A DNA stretch of 64,000 bases. It comes from an uncultured bacterium. GTDB taxonomy: Bacteria; Auribacterota; UBA3054; JAPLST01. Under the pieces are notes generated by a model that did not search any database, was not told where the DNA came from, and was given only the letters and a program-made list of their open reading frames with translations. The stretch lies in assembly GCA_964397565.1 (NCBI GenBank), contig CAYNJC010000001.1, positions 144,966 to 208,965 of the forward strand, written 5' to 3'. How positions within the stretch are numbered: the stretch's first letter is position 1; each line of letters starts with the position of its first letter. Both the position numbers and the translations under genes were made by a program. Of the stretch, positions 18,849 through 28,697 are shown one piece after another.

Positions 18849-20207
18849 ATGAATCTGCGCGGTCTAGTTCTGGTTGTGATCTGTCTTGGCATCGCAAATG
18901 CCGCGGCTGCGCACGAAATTCTCTGGGGTGATTTGCATGCCCACAGCACCTATTCCTACGACGCCGTGCAGTACGAGCACTGCACCCTCATCCCGGCACA
19001 AGCACTGAGCACCTGCCTCGCACGCGTGGATTTTGTGGCGCTCACCGACCATGCCGAAAACGGCGCACCCGGCTATTGCACCGGCGAGAAATGGACAAAT
19101 ACTATGCTGCAGGAAATTGCGTTTCAGGCGGCGTATAGTAATGTGATTGTCTTCCCTGCCTTCGAATACACCAAGACCGCGCCGCCGTACCCCGACGGCA
19201 ACGGGCACAAGTGTATCATCTGCCGCGATTGCGGGCACGTGCCGCCGCGCGGTTACGGCCAGGATGTGTATGTCAGCCCCGTGGATCTGTGGACCTATCT
19301 GGATGGCACGGCCGCGTCTGGTAATTATTTCTCGATTCCGCACCACACCGCCAAAGGCAGCGACATTGATTATCCCGGCATCGACATGTCCACCGACTGG
19401 AATCCAGGCTATGTCCGCGCCGACATTCAACAATTGGTGGAGATTTATTCGCGCCACGGCAATTCAGAAATGAGCGGTTGCGAAGAACCGGTCAATGATT
19501 TTCAACCCGAACGTTCGGTGGCCGGCGCGCTGGACCGTTGGTTATTACCGGCCCACAATCCGGCGTACAAACTTGGTATTCTCGGCTCGACTGACACTCA
19601 CAATGGCAGGCCGGGCGACACCATTGAAACGACCAATAATGTGCAGCCGCGCCTTGGGCCGTACACGGGTGGCCTGACGGCGGTGCTGGCCACCAATCGC
19701 AGCCGCAGCGCCATTTGGCAGGCCCTGCAGGCCAGACATTGCTACGCCACGAGCGGCGCACGCATCATCCTGGCGTTCAGCGCCACCCTCGGCGACCAAA
19801 CCGGCAGCATGGGTGACACGCTGTATCACGAAGCCGACCTGAATCCCGGCAATGCCGCTACGGTCGCCTTGCAGGTCAGTGCCATTGCGGAGCACCCGAC
19901 GCAGCGCATCGCCCGCGTGCAATTGTTCAAACAGCGCACCTGTATTCTCGATCTGGCCACCAACGCGGTGGGAAGCCTGACTCTTGCCACCATCGATCTC
20001 CTGACCAATAATTATGGGTACTACCGCGTGAAAGTATGGCAACAGGCCACCACCATCACCACCAATTGTCCTTTCGAGCGCGCCTGGTCATCGCCGATCT
20101 GGATCGAGCCCGGCATGGTGCCCGAGCCGTTCTGCGTCGGCATGGCGGCGGGCGGGCTGATGCTCCTGTACCGGCGCGCGCAGGGCACAGCACAAAAAGC
20201 GCCATAA
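18849..20207 (+). CDS. DUF3604-like secreted metal-dependent protein with PEP-CTERM sorting tail
   Basis: A signal peptide precedes ILWGDLHAHSTYSYDA, the PHP-like His cluster typical of DUF3604. The C-terminus is PEPFCVGMAAGGLMLLYRRAQG (PEP, hydrophobic span, RR). Confidence 0.65.
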   Translation: MNLRGLVLVVICLGIANAAAAHEILWGDLHAHSTYSYDAVQYEHCTLIPAQALSTCLARVDFVALTDHAENGAPGYCTGEKWTNTMLQEIAFQAAYSNVIVFPAFEYTKTAPPYPDGNGHKCIICRDCGHVPPRGYGQDVYVSPVDLWTYLDGTAASGNYFSIPHHTAKGSDIDYPGIDMSTDWNPGYVRADIQQLVEIYSRHGNSEMSGCEEPVNDFQPERSVAGALDRWLLPAHNPAYKLGILGSTDTHNGRPGDTIETTNNVQPRLGPYTGGLTAVLATNRSRSAIWQALQARHCYATSGARIILAFSATLGDQTGSMGDTLYHEADLNPGNAATVALQVSAIAEHPTQRIARVQLFKQRTCILDLATNAVGSLTLATIDLLTNNYGYYRVKVWQQATTITTNCPFERAWSSPIWIEPGMVPEPFCVGMAAGGLMLLYRRAQGTAQKAP

Positions 20208-20354
20208 CGATCAAGTGTTTGTGTCGGTATCCTGCCATCGTTGCTGTCTGTATTCGACATTTTATGGCGTTTTTGGTACTGTTGGCGCATGTGATGAAGT
20301 AGATGTTATCTGGAGAGACAACCTACAACACATAGCAAGCCAAGGAGGGCGCCC

Positions 20355-21779
20355 GTGAAAATCAAAATCAATGCCAACCGTTGTGCCGTCAAGCATTCCG
20401 CAATTGCGTTTGGTGCACGTCGTTTTCGTGGCGTGCTGGCCTGGATGCTACTGGCCGGCAGCACCTGCGCGGGTGCGACAACCTACTACGTCAGCAACGC
20501 CACCGGTAATGACGCCAGCAATGGTTTGTCGTGGGCCACGGCCAAGAAGACGATTCAGCCCGCAATTAACCTGTGCGGCGCCGGCGACACGGTGCTGGTC
20601 AGTAACGGCGTGTTCATATTGAACGCGTCGTTGTCCGTGCCGAGCCGCGTGCGCTTGACCAGCCTCGCCGGTCCGGCCGGTACCATTGTCAACGGCAACG
20701 CTCCCGCCGTGACCAATCGCTGTTTGCGCGTGCCCGGCAGTTATGCAGGCGCGCTGATCGAGGGCTTCACCTTCACCAACGGCAGCACCGACAACGAAAG
20801 TGGTGGGGGGATCTTTCTCGAAGGCGTCGCGACGGTGAGCAATTGCTTGATCCGCGGCAACAGCGCCGTCAACGGCGCCGGCATTGCCTGCTCTTCCACC
20901 AGCGTGATTATGCATTGCGTCATCACGGCCAACCGTGCCAGCAGCGCTGGCGGCGGCATCTACCTGTACCGCGCCGGCACAGTGCGTAATTGCCTGGTTG
21001 CCGGCAACAGCGCCTCTGCCAGCGCGATCTTTTGCGAAAATGGCGGCTATGTGCGCGACTGCGTGATCAGCAATAACACGGCCTCGAACTATGCCGGCGT
21101 GCGCATGCGCTACACCGGCGGCTTGATCGAAGCGTGCACCATCATCAGCAACACGGCCGCGGGCCCCGGCGGTGGTCTGGGCATTGATGCCGGCAGCACG
21201 GCCTTGTGCTGCGTCGTGACGCTCAACGCCACCACGGCTCCCAATGCTGATTTCGGCGGCGTCCATTGCGAAGGATTGCTCCGCTCCAGTCTGATCACGC
21301 GCAATCGCGCGTACGACTGGGCGGGCGGGCTGTACGTCGGCCCGGCCGGCGTGGCTGAGAACTGCACCATCAGCAGCAACACAGCGGGCGCCGCGTACGG
21401 CGGCGCACTCTACGCCGGCGTCCTGCGCAATGCGATTGTCTATGGCAACAGCGCACCCGTCATACCCAACACCGCGTCCAGCGGCAGCAACATGCTGTGC
21501 CAGTTCACCTGCACGCTGCCGCTGCAACCGGGCGACGGCAACATCACCAACGACGCTGGTTTTGTCAACCGTGCGCTAGGCGACTACCATCTCAACACGG
21601 ACTCGCCCTGCATCAACACGGGCACCAACCTTGCGTGGATGGCTGCTGCCAGCGACCTTGACGGCAATCCGCGCAGCATCGGCGGGTTTGTCGATATGGG
21701 CTGCTATGAAACGCTGCCGGAACCGGCATGCGCGCTGCTGCTGTTGCTCGGCCTCGTCGGCCTCGTCCGACTTGTCTGA
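20355..21779 (+). CDS. right-handed parallel beta-helix repeat protein with PEP-CTERM-like tail
   Basis: Repeated GxxNCxIxGNSA/NxAGGI motifs (SNCLIRGNSAVNGAGI, RNCLVAGNSASASAIF, and others). The C-terminus is LPEPACALLLLLGLVGLVRLV. It starts at a GTG in the ORF track; an alternative ATG lies at 20445. Confidence 0.65.
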   Translation: MKIKINANRCAVKHSAIAFGARRFRGVLAWMLLAGSTCAGATTYYVSNATGNDASNGLSWATAKKTIQPAINLCGAGDTVLVSNGVFILNASLSVPSRVRLTSLAGPAGTIVNGNAPAVTNRCLRVPGSYAGALIEGFTFTNGSTDNESGGGIFLEGVATVSNCLIRGNSAVNGAGIACSSTSVIMHCVITANRASSAGGGIYLYRAGTVRNCLVAGNSASASAIFCENGGYVRDCVISNNTASNYAGVRMRYTGGLIEACTIISNTAAGPGGGLGIDAGSTALCCVVTLNATTAPNADFGGVHCEGLLRSSLITRNRAYDWAGGLYVGPAGVAENCTISSNTAGAAYGGALYAGVLRNAIVYGNSAPVIPNTASSGSNMLCQFTCTLPLQPGDGNITNDAGFVNRALGDYHLNTDSPCINTGTNLAWMAAASDLDGNPRSIGGFVDMGCYETLPEPACALLLLLGLVGLVRLV

Positions 21780-21803
21780 CCTGTCCGACTTGTCCGACCT
21801 GCG
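21749..21803. repeat. nonanucleotide tandem repeats spanning the 3' end and stop codon of the beta-helix gene
   Basis: cctcgtcgg cctcgtccg acttgtctg acctgtccg acttgtccg acctg. The repeats encode the LGLVGLVRLV tail and continue past the TGA at 21777-21779. Confidence 0.7.
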
Positions 21804-21807
21804 CATG

Positions 21808-23079
21808 TCATGCGCCTTCTTTGGTGCTGCGGGCAATGACCACGCGGCTGATGCGTTTGCGCGTTGCGCGCGTCACCGTCAGCGTCAGGGTCTGATACGT
21901 GAACGACTCCCCCACCACCGGAATGCGCCCGGCCAGCTTCAGCAGCAAACCGGCCACCGTGTCGTAGCCGTCCTTGTCAAACGCGATGCCGAAGCGTTCG
22001 CTGACTTGATCCACATCCAGGCGCCCATCGCACTCAAGCGCGCCATGATGTTCACTCATGCGCGGCTTGGTCTCGTCGCGATCCGTCGCCAAGACCCCGA
22101 CGATTTCCTCGATCAGGTCGCGCATGGTAATCATGCCGGTCACCCCGCCATATTCGTCAACCACCAGCACCAACGGCACGCGTTGCGCCTGCAACTCATG
22201 CAGCATCTGGCCCACCGGCTTGATCTCCGGCATAAACGGCACCGAGCGATCAACATACGCGGCCACCGTGGTGTGCAGGTGCTCTTCACCATCCAGTTGC
22301 CGCGCTGCATCCAGCAGATCAAGAACATGCAGCACCCCGACAATATTGTCGAGCCGGCCTTCGTAGACCGGGAACTGCGTGTGCGGCTGTTGCTCCGCCA
22401 GTGTCAGCGCGTCACGCACGCTGGTCGTCAACGGCAGGCAGACCAATTCGACCAGCGGCATCATGGCCGACGCCAGTGTGCGCTCATTCAGTTCGAAGAC
22501 GCGCCGGATCATGGTGTGTTCGGGCTTGCCGATCACCCCTTGTTCGGCACTCAAATCGGCCAATGTGCGCACTTCTTCACGAGTGACGGAAATGGTTTGC
22601 GGCCGTTCCTTGATGCCCGCCAGGCGCAGGGCCGCGCGTGAAAGAAACGCCGCCGAACTGACCAACGGCGCCATCAGTCTCTGGGCAAACGCAAGTGGCA
22701 GGGCCGCACGCAACGTGAAGCGCAGGGCATTGCCGCGTCCCAGTGATTTCGGCAGCAGCTCCGCGCACACCAATATTATCGGCGTCATGATGATGGTCGT
22801 GATAATGCTGTCCCAGCGATCGGGCGCCCACGCCGCGACGACCACGGACGCCATGCTGGTTGCCGTCACATACATGAGGTTCGTGCCGACCAGGGTGGTT
22901 GCCAGCAGGCGTGCCGGGTCATCCAACAAACGCTGGGCCGCACGCGCGCGCGGCTCGCCGTGCTGGGCGCGACTGTGCAACAGCGGCTTTGGCGCCGAGA
23001 CAAAGGCCGTTTCCGAGCCGGAAAAGAAGCCGCCCAGCAGCACGCACAGCAGCACGCACAGGATCAAGACCCAGATCAT
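21808..23079 (-). CDS. CNNM/CorC-HlyC family transporter-associated protein (DUF21 + CBS pair + CorC_HlyC)
   Basis: N-terminal DUF21 membrane domain with GGFFSGSETAF. Two CBS domains are followed by a C-terminal transporter-associated domain. Confidence 0.85.
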   Translation of the reverse strand: MIWVLILCVLLCVLLGGFFSGSETAFVSAPKPLLHSRAQHGEPRARAAQRLLDDPARLLATTLVGTNLMYVTATSMASVVVAAWAPDRWDSIITTIIMTPIILVCAELLPKSLGRGNALRFTLRAALPLAFAQRLMAPLVSSAAFLSRAALRLAGIKERPQTISVTREEVRTLADLSAEQGVIGKPEHTMIRRVFELNERTLASAMMPLVELVCLPLTTSVRDALTLAEQQPHTQFPVYEGRLDNIVGVLHVLDLLDAARQLDGEEHLHTTVAAYVDRSVPFMPEIKPVGQMLHELQAQRVPLVLVVDEYGGVTGMITMRDLIEEIVGVLATDRDETKPRMSEHHGALECDGRLDVDQVSERFGIAFDKDGYDTVAGLLLKLAGRIPVVGESFTYQTLTLTVTRATRKRISRVVIARSTKEGA

Positions 23080-24383
23080 GCGGCGTGCTCCGGCGTGCGC
23101 GTATGAAGCAAGACCAGGTCAAGCCGATGACCGGTCATTTGCACGACCGTGAAATCAACCAGCGCATCATGGATGATCTGGCCCTGATGGGGTACCACAC
23201 CGGCGACCCGCGTGACATACCCGGCAATCGTGTCATCCTCTTCATCACCTAACTGAAAGCCGCATTCCCAATTTAGTTGTTCGAGACGATAACAGCCCGA
23301 GACCAGAATATCGCCATTCGGGCGCGTTTGCAGAAAGGTGCGGCGCGGCGTGCAGCCGACCATGCCGCCCAGCAAGGAATCGAAGATATTGTCGCGCGTA
23401 ATCATGCCGGCGGTCCCGCCATATTCATCCAGCACAATCGCCAGGTGTTCGCCGCGCGCGCGCAAATCCGTGAGCAGTGCGGCAATGACGCGGGTTTCCG
23501 GCGCCAGGAGTGGTGCGGTCATCAACGCCCGCGCCGGCGCCGGCTGGATGTCCGGCAGCGTCGTCCAGATGTCCCGCAGCGTCATATCCGGGCGCACGTG
23601 CGCGCGCCAGACCGGCAACACTTTTAGATTCAGAATTGCCCAGACATGATCAATCGTGCCCTGATAGACCGGCACCCGCGGATGGTGTGTCCGCCGCGCG
23701 AGCGCAATCGCGTGTGCAAGCGTGGCGGTCTCCGCCAGCGCCACAATTTCAGGGCGCGGAATCATGATCGCGCGCGCGACCGTGGAGTGAAACGTCGCAA
23801 TCGCATGAATGATCTCGGCGTCATTGGCATTGATGCCGCCCGTTACTTTGCCGGTGCGCAGCGTCGCGTGGAATTCCTCGCGGGTCAGCAGTGCGTCGCT
23901 CTGCACATGCCCTTGGCGCAGCAGCAACAGCAAGGCGTTGGTTGTCAGCCGCAGGATCACGCGTGCCGGCGTGAAGATGATGGCAAAGAACGCCAGCGGC
24001 AGCGCAAAGAGTTTGGCGACTTCAACGGGGCGCAGGATGGCAAACGTTTTCGGCGTCACTTCGCCGAACACCAACAGCAGCGGGGTCGTGATTAGCACGG
24101 CCATACCCAGCGCCCCGGCGCCAAAATTGCGCGTGACAAAATCCGCAATAATACTCGAGATCGCCGTGTTGACCAGCAAATTGCCCAGCAAAATGGTAAT
24201 CAGCAATCGGCGCGGCAGGTTCAGCAGATTGGCAATGACACGGCCAATCAGGCCGCCATGGTCGCGACATTGCCGCACCCGCGCGCGGCTCAAGGAAAAC
24301 AAGGCGGTTTCCGACCCGGAGAAGAATGCCGAGCAGCCCAGCAGCATCGCCAAGACCACCAGCGCTCCCAACGTTGCTCCCAT
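23076..24383 (-). CDS. CNNM/CorC-HlyC family protein, tandem paralog
   Basis: Same architecture (SAFFSGSETALFSLS...). It overlaps the downstream paralog by 4 nt. Confidence 0.85.
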   Translation of the reverse strand: MGATLGALVVLAMLLGCSAFFSGSETALFSLSRARVRQCRDHGGLIGRVIANLLNLPRRLLITILLGNLLVNTAISSIIADFVTRNFGAGALGMAVLITTPLLLVFGEVTPKTFAILRPVEVAKLFALPLAFFAIIFTPARVILRLTTNALLLLLRQGHVQSDALLTREEFHATLRTGKVTGGINANDAEIIHAIATFHSTVARAIMIPRPEIVALAETATLAHAIALARRTHHPRVPVYQGTIDHVWAILNLKVLPVWRAHVRPDMTLRDIWTTLPDIQPAPARALMTAPLLAPETRVIAALLTDLRARGEHLAIVLDEYGGTAGMITRDNIFDSLLGGMVGCTPRRTFLQTRPNGDILVSGCYRLEQLNWECGFQLGDEEDDTIAGYVTRVAGVVPHQGQIIHDALVDFTVVQMTGHRLDLVLLHTRTPEHAA

Positions 24384-24395
24384 GGGGCTGCCGGC

Positions 24396-25802
24396 TTAGG
24401 CCCAGCGTCCGCGATACTGCGCCGGCGTGCGCAACTCGCCCCGCCGCACCCGCGCCCGCAATTCCTGCCCGTACTGCAGGAAGCCGGGCGGTTCATCGCA
24501 AGCCACCCGCGCCAGCGGATCGGCATGACTGCCACTGTACTCCTCGGTCCATTGGCGCACCTTGCGCAACAGCTCCATCACGCGCTGGGGCTCGCGGGCC
24601 GCGCAGTCATGCCATTCGCCGGCATCTTCGGCCAGATGGTACAGGGCGGTGTCGGGAAAATCCCAGAAACCGGCATGCCAGGTGCGATTCAGTTTCCACT
24701 CATTGCAGATCAATGCGCGTTGGGCGGTGAAATGGCCATGACTGCAGACGACAAAGTCGCGCTGCGCGGTCGGCGCCTGCGCGACAATCTGCTGCAAGGC
24801 CTGCCCGGTGAAGCCGGCCGGCACACGCACGCCACATGCGCAACAAATGGTCGGCGCCAGGTCCAACGTGTAACACAGTCCGGCGCAGGTGCTGCCGGGC
24901 ACACCCCAGCCCGGCGCGACAATGAGCAACGGTACCCGCACACACTGATAATGCGCCGAAATATGGCCGCCATAGCAGCCACACTCGCCAAACAACACGC
25001 CATGATCGCTGGTGACAATCAGCATGGTGCGCGCCAGCATATCGGCCGTGCGCAACGCCGCAACGATTTCCGCCACGGCATCATCGAGAACGCGAATGCG
25101 CGCATCATAGTCATGCACCAGTTTCCAGACCGCCTCGCGCGTGGGCGCGTGATGCACCCGCGCCGAAAAGGCCGCGTGCAATTCAGCATGATCCGCAAAT
25201 GTTGCCTCATCGGGCGCAGCCGGCCCAACATGACCGGCGAGGTGCTGGCTATATTCGGCCTCGCGCCCCGTTAAGGGCATGTCTGCGCGCTGGTATAAAT
25301 TGTTGTACGACAGGTACAGGAAAAACTCATGCGCGGCATGCGCCGTCAGCCACGGGCGCGCAAGTAGATTGACGTCCGCCGCCGTCACCTCGCTGGGCTC
25401 TTTCTCGCACCACGGGTCCAGCACCTCGCGCCAGCCATGATAGAACCAGCGCGCCGGTTGCCGGCCCAACGGCGAAATCGCGGCGGTATGAATGCCCTGC
25501 GCGGACAGATACTCCGCCAGCATCGGTCGCGGCGCGGTCAGGCCTTGCGCGCTAATCGGCGTGTGGCCGGCAATGGCATCCTGAGCCGCGCCGTCGGTCA
25601 CCACGCCGGTTTCCAAGCCAAAACGCCCGCTGAACAAGGCTGCCCGGGCCGCGGCCGTGGCCGCGTCCGAGCTGAACGCCGCACGGCAGCGCACGCCGCG
25701 GGCCGCCAACGCATCAATCGCCGGCGATGTCGGGCGGGTGTAGCCATAGCAGCCCAGATGATCGGCGCGCAGCGCGCCTATGTCAAACACCACGACGTTC
25801 AT
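24396..25802 (-). CDS. sulfatase-family (alkaline phosphatase superfamily) hydrolase lacking the FGly C/S-x-P-x-R motif
   Basis: N-terminal VVVFDIGALRADHLGCYGY is a metal-binding Asp pattern, and the fold is sulfatase/AP. No CxPxR was found, so it may be a phosphatase or phosphotransferase rather than a true sulfatase. Confidence 0.7.
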   Translation of the reverse strand: MNVVVFDIGALRADHLGCYGYTRPTSPAIDALAARGVRCRAAFSSDAATAAARAALFSGRFGLETGVVTDGAAQDAIAGHTPISAQGLTAPRPMLAEYLSAQGIHTAAISPLGRQPARWFYHGWREVLDPWCEKEPSEVTAADVNLLARPWLTAHAAHEFFLYLSYNNLYQRADMPLTGREAEYSQHLAGHVGPAAPDEATFADHAELHAAFSARVHHAPTREAVWKLVHDYDARIRVLDDAVAEIVAALRTADMLARTMLIVTSDHGVLFGECGCYGGHISAHYQCVRVPLLIVAPGWGVPGSTCAGLCYTLDLAPTICCACGVRVPAGFTGQALQQIVAQAPTAQRDFVVCSHGHFTAQRALICNEWKLNRTWHAGFWDFPDTALYHLAEDAGEWHDCAAREPQRVMELLRKVRQWTEEYSGSHADPLARVACDEPPGFLQYGQELRARVRRGELRTPAQYRGRWA

Positions 25803-25804
25803 GC

Positions 25805-25872
25805 TGTGTATTATACACTATTGCCATCTAATGCAGAACATTCTTTCACTGCGAAAGAAATTGACATTCAAC
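25805..25872. repeat. repeat family A-prime copy immediately 5' of the sulfatase gene, with inverted repeat TCTTTC-N5-GAAAGA
   Basis: ~73% identical over 66 nt to 29701-29768 upstream of pstS. Shared cores are ACACTATTG and TTCTTTCnnTGCGAAAGA. Confidence 0.6.
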
Positions 25873-25922
25873 ATTCAACATCGAACATCGAACATTGAAC
25901 ATTGAACATCGAAGGTCGAAGT
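25867..25922. repeat. heptanucleotide tandem array (ATYSAAC)x8, in pairs
   Basis: attcaac attcaac atcgaac atcgaac attgaac attgaac atcgaag gtcgaag. Confidence 0.8.
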
Positions 25923-25925
25923 ATC

Positions 25926-26030
25926 TGCGCATACTAATGAGAGCGCTTTCTACGTTGCAGCGTCCTTGTAGCCGCCCGCGGTGAGGGCGGCTTCTGCAGC
26001 CGCGGTCATCCGCGCCGTTGGCGGGATCCC
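25926..26030. repeat. interspersed repeat family A, copy 3
   Basis: actaatgagagcgctttctacgttgcagcgtccttgtagccgcccgcggtgagggcggcttctgcagccgcggtca is nearly identical to 13301-13380. It includes the REP-like cgcgccgttggcggga. Confidence 0.75.
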
Positions 26031-26037
26031 CGCCTTT

Positions 26038-26072
26038 GACGGGACTAGGCTGGTGCCTTAGCTAGCCAGGCC
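26038..26072. repeat. 35-bp module, inverted partner at 29813-29846 (pst operon flanks)
   Basis: gacgggactaggctggtgccttagctagccaggcc, compared with the reverse complement of 29813-29846, gacgggactggctggtgccttagctaaccaagcc. Confidence 0.65.
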
Positions 26073-26097
26073 AGCTCCAAGCAGCCCTGAACCCTGC

Positions 26098-26913
26098 TTA
26101 GCTAATCTCGCCGCTCATATAGGCGCGCGTGCGCTGGTCTTTTTGCCGCGCAAAAAGTTCCGCGGCTGGTCCGTGTTCAACGAGTTCGCCCATGTACATA
26201 AACAGCACGTAATCGGCCAGGCGGCGTGCTTGTCGCAGAATATGGGTTACAATCAATATCGAAAACCGTTGTTTGAGCAGCACCAGTTGTTGTTCAATGA
26301 GGCGCGTTGAAATGGGGTCCAGCGCCGAGGTCGGCTCATCCGCCAAAATAGCTTCTGGACCAACCGCAAGCGCGCGCGCCAACGCCAGCCGCTGTAATTG
26401 ACCAATCGACAGGCGATGCGCCGGTTCGTTCAAGCGCGTCTGCACTTCGTTCCATAATCCCGCCAGCGCAAGGCAGCGTTGCACTAGTTGGTCCAGCGCC
26501 GCGTTGCGCGTCACGGGCTTGGTGTCCACCGTGCCATCCAACGTTTCCAGAACCCGGGTCAAGTCCGCGATGGTCATGCGATGCATCCGCGGGCCATACG
26601 CCACATTGTCATAAATCGAAAACGGGAGCGCTGTTGGGCGTTGCGAGAGGAAGCCGACTTTGGTGCGCAAGGCGAGCAGATCAGCGGTTGGCGCGTAAAT
26701 ATCGTTGCCGTCAATGCAGACCGCGCCGCTGACCCGCGCGCCATCGTTCAAGTCAATAAAGCGATTGATGCTGCGCAGCAAGGTTGTCTTACCACAGCCG
26801 GAGGGACCGATGATCGCCGTGATCTGCCGGTCCGGCAAGTTCACCGTGACGTTGTGGAGCGCGGTGTGCTGCTGGTAGGCAACGGAGACGTTTTCCAGTG
26901 CAATGTGCGGCAT
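26098..26913 (-). CDS. pstB: phosphate ABC transporter ATP-binding protein PstB
   Basis: Walker A GPSGCGKTT, an ABC signature, and a PstB-typical N-terminus. Confidence 0.9.
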   Translation of the reverse strand: MPHIALENVSVAYQQHTALHNVTVNLPDRQITAIIGPSGCGKTTLLRSINRFIDLNDGARVSGAVCIDGNDIYAPTADLLALRTKVGFLSQRPTALPFSIYDNVAYGPRMHRMTIADLTRVLETLDGTVDTKPVTRNAALDQLVQRCLALAGLWNEVQTRLNEPAHRLSIGQLQRLALARALAVGPEAILADEPTSALDPISTRLIEQQLVLLKQRFSILIVTHILRQARRLADYVLFMYMGELVEHGPAAELFARQKDQRTRAYMSGEIS

Positions 26914-26916
26914 AGA

Positions 26917-27768
26917 TCAACGCAGGACCACGCGCGAAAAACGATGGGAGGCAATGCGCGCCAATGCGCTGGTCACTAATACCAGGGTCAACAAAATGAG
27001 CGCGGCGGCATAGGCGCGCTGCTGCACCGCCGGCAAGGGTGTCTGCAGTTGAAAGAAAATCGCCAGCGGGAGCGACGCGACCGGATCCATCAATGAGCGC
27101 GGCATATGGTCCGTATAGCCGGCGGTAAATAAGATGGAAGCAGCATCCCCAATCGCGCGCCCAAACGCCAGCATGACGGCGGTGGCGCAGCCCGGCAAGC
27201 ATTGCCGGAACACCACCCGCGTCATGGTTTCGAAGCGGGTTGCGCCAAGCGCGAGCGAGGCCTCCTTCAATTCAGACGGGACCAGTGCAAAGACACCGTT
27301 CAACGCGCGGACGATAATGGGGATAACCAGCACCGTGAGGGTCAGGATCCCGCCCAGTAATGACGCGCCAATGCCCAGCAGCGCCATGATGGAAAATGCC
27401 ACCGCGCCGTACACAATGGAAGGGATGCCCCAGAGCATGTCAAAACACAAGGTGATGCAGCGCAGCGCGGTTGGCGAAAAATACTCGCGTTGCATGGCCA
27501 GGGCGATCGGAATGCCGATGAACAGCGCCAGCACCGTCGCGCCGCTGGCGAGCAGTAACGACCCGACAATGGCGTTGGCAATCCCGCCGGCACCACCCAG
27601 ATAAAATCCCCCGTGCGGGATGTCCGTCAGCATGCGCCAGCTGATTGCCGGCAGGCCATTCCAGACCACCATGCCCACCAGCGAAAAGAGCGCGAGCAGC
27701 ACACAGAGCAGCGCGCCGCGCATGAGCGTTAACCAGACCATCTCAGTGTAGGCACGCGCACGTTTCAT
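26917..27768 (-). CDS. pstA: phosphate ABC transporter permease PstA
   Basis: 6-TM permease with an EAA-like loop, placed between pstC and pstB. Confidence 0.85.
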   Translation of the reverse strand: MKRARAYTEMVWLTLMRGALLCVLLALFSLVGMVVWNGLPAISWRMLTDIPHGGFYLGGAGGIANAIVGSLLLASGATVLALFIGIPIALAMQREYFSPTALRCITLCFDMLWGIPSIVYGAVAFSIMALLGIGASLLGGILTLTVLVIPIIVRALNGVFALVPSELKEASLALGATRFETMTRVVFRQCLPGCATAVMLAFGRAIGDAASILFTAGYTDHMPRSLMDPVASLPLAIFFQLQTPLPAVQQRAYAAALILLTLVLVTSALARIASHRFSRVVLR

Positions 27769-28697
27769 GCTGCCGCGCGCTCAAAATGGTACAGAATGGC
27801 ATACGCACCGCAGCTAATCAGCGCGACCACAATCAGCAAGAGCAGGGCGGCGCACATCAAGGCCGCGTCATACGCGGGAATAGACATCATTTCGCCATAG
27901 TTGTTGGCGATCAAAGAAGGCAGCGTGTAGACCGGCGCGAACAGTGAATTGGGAATCCGGGCGACATTACCGGCCACCATCATGACGGCCATGGTTTCGC
28001 CCAACGCGCGCGAAATGCCCAGTAATGAGGCAGCGACAAGGCCGGCGCGCGCGCGGCGCACCAGCACGTGCGCGGTGGTTTCCCAACGGGTCGCCCCGAG
28101 CGCGAGTGATGCTTCGCGGATATCCACCGGCACTGCGCGCAGCACATCCAGGCTGACCGCCGTAATCGTCGGAATGATCATTAAGGCAAGCACGATTGCG
28201 GCGGAGAGCAGGCAATACCCGGAGCGCGCGCTGCCTTGCAGCGCCGCCATGGCACGAATCAACGGCACGATGCACAAGATGCCCCAGATGCCGAACACGA
28301 CCGAGGGGATTGAAGCCAGGATATCAAACACGGGCACGAGCATGGCCCGCATGCGCGCGTGCGCAAATTCAGACAAATACAATGCGCATAAAATGCTGAG
28401 CGGCACGGCCATAATCGCGGCCAGCGCGGTGACACTGAGGGTGCCGACAATATACGCGGCAAAGCCGAATTGCTGGCGCGCGGGGAACCATGCGGTTGAA
28501 AAGAGCGTTTCGGTAATAGACGCGAAGTGCCACAACGGCCATGCCCGCACGGCCAGCACCAGCGCGAGCACCACTGCCAGACTCGCGCCGCTGCAGGTGA
28601 TGGCGCGCAAGGCCAGCGCCGCGCGCCGGTCTCGTTGCTGGCGAATATTCATGGCACCAACTGCAAGGCGTGTGCGATTTGATTGCTGCTGACGCAA
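27765..28697 (-). CDS. pstC: phosphate ABC transporter permease PstC
   Basis: 6-TM permease overlapping pstA by 4 nt, in pst operon context. Confidence 0.85.
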   Translation of the reverse strand: MRQQQSNRTRLAVGAMNIRQQRDRRAALALRAITCSGASLAVVLALVLAVRAWPLWHFASITETLFSTAWFPARQQFGFAAYIVGTLSVTALAAIMAVPLSILCALYLSEFAHARMRAMLVPVFDILASIPSVVFGIWGILCIVPLIRAMAALQGSARSGYCLLSAAIVLALMIIPTITAVSLDVLRAVPVDIREASLALGATRWETTAHVLVRRARAGLVAASLLGISRALGETMAVMMVAGNVARIPNSLFAPVYTLPSLIANNYGEMMSIPAYDAALMCAALLLLIVVALISCGAYAILYHFERAAA

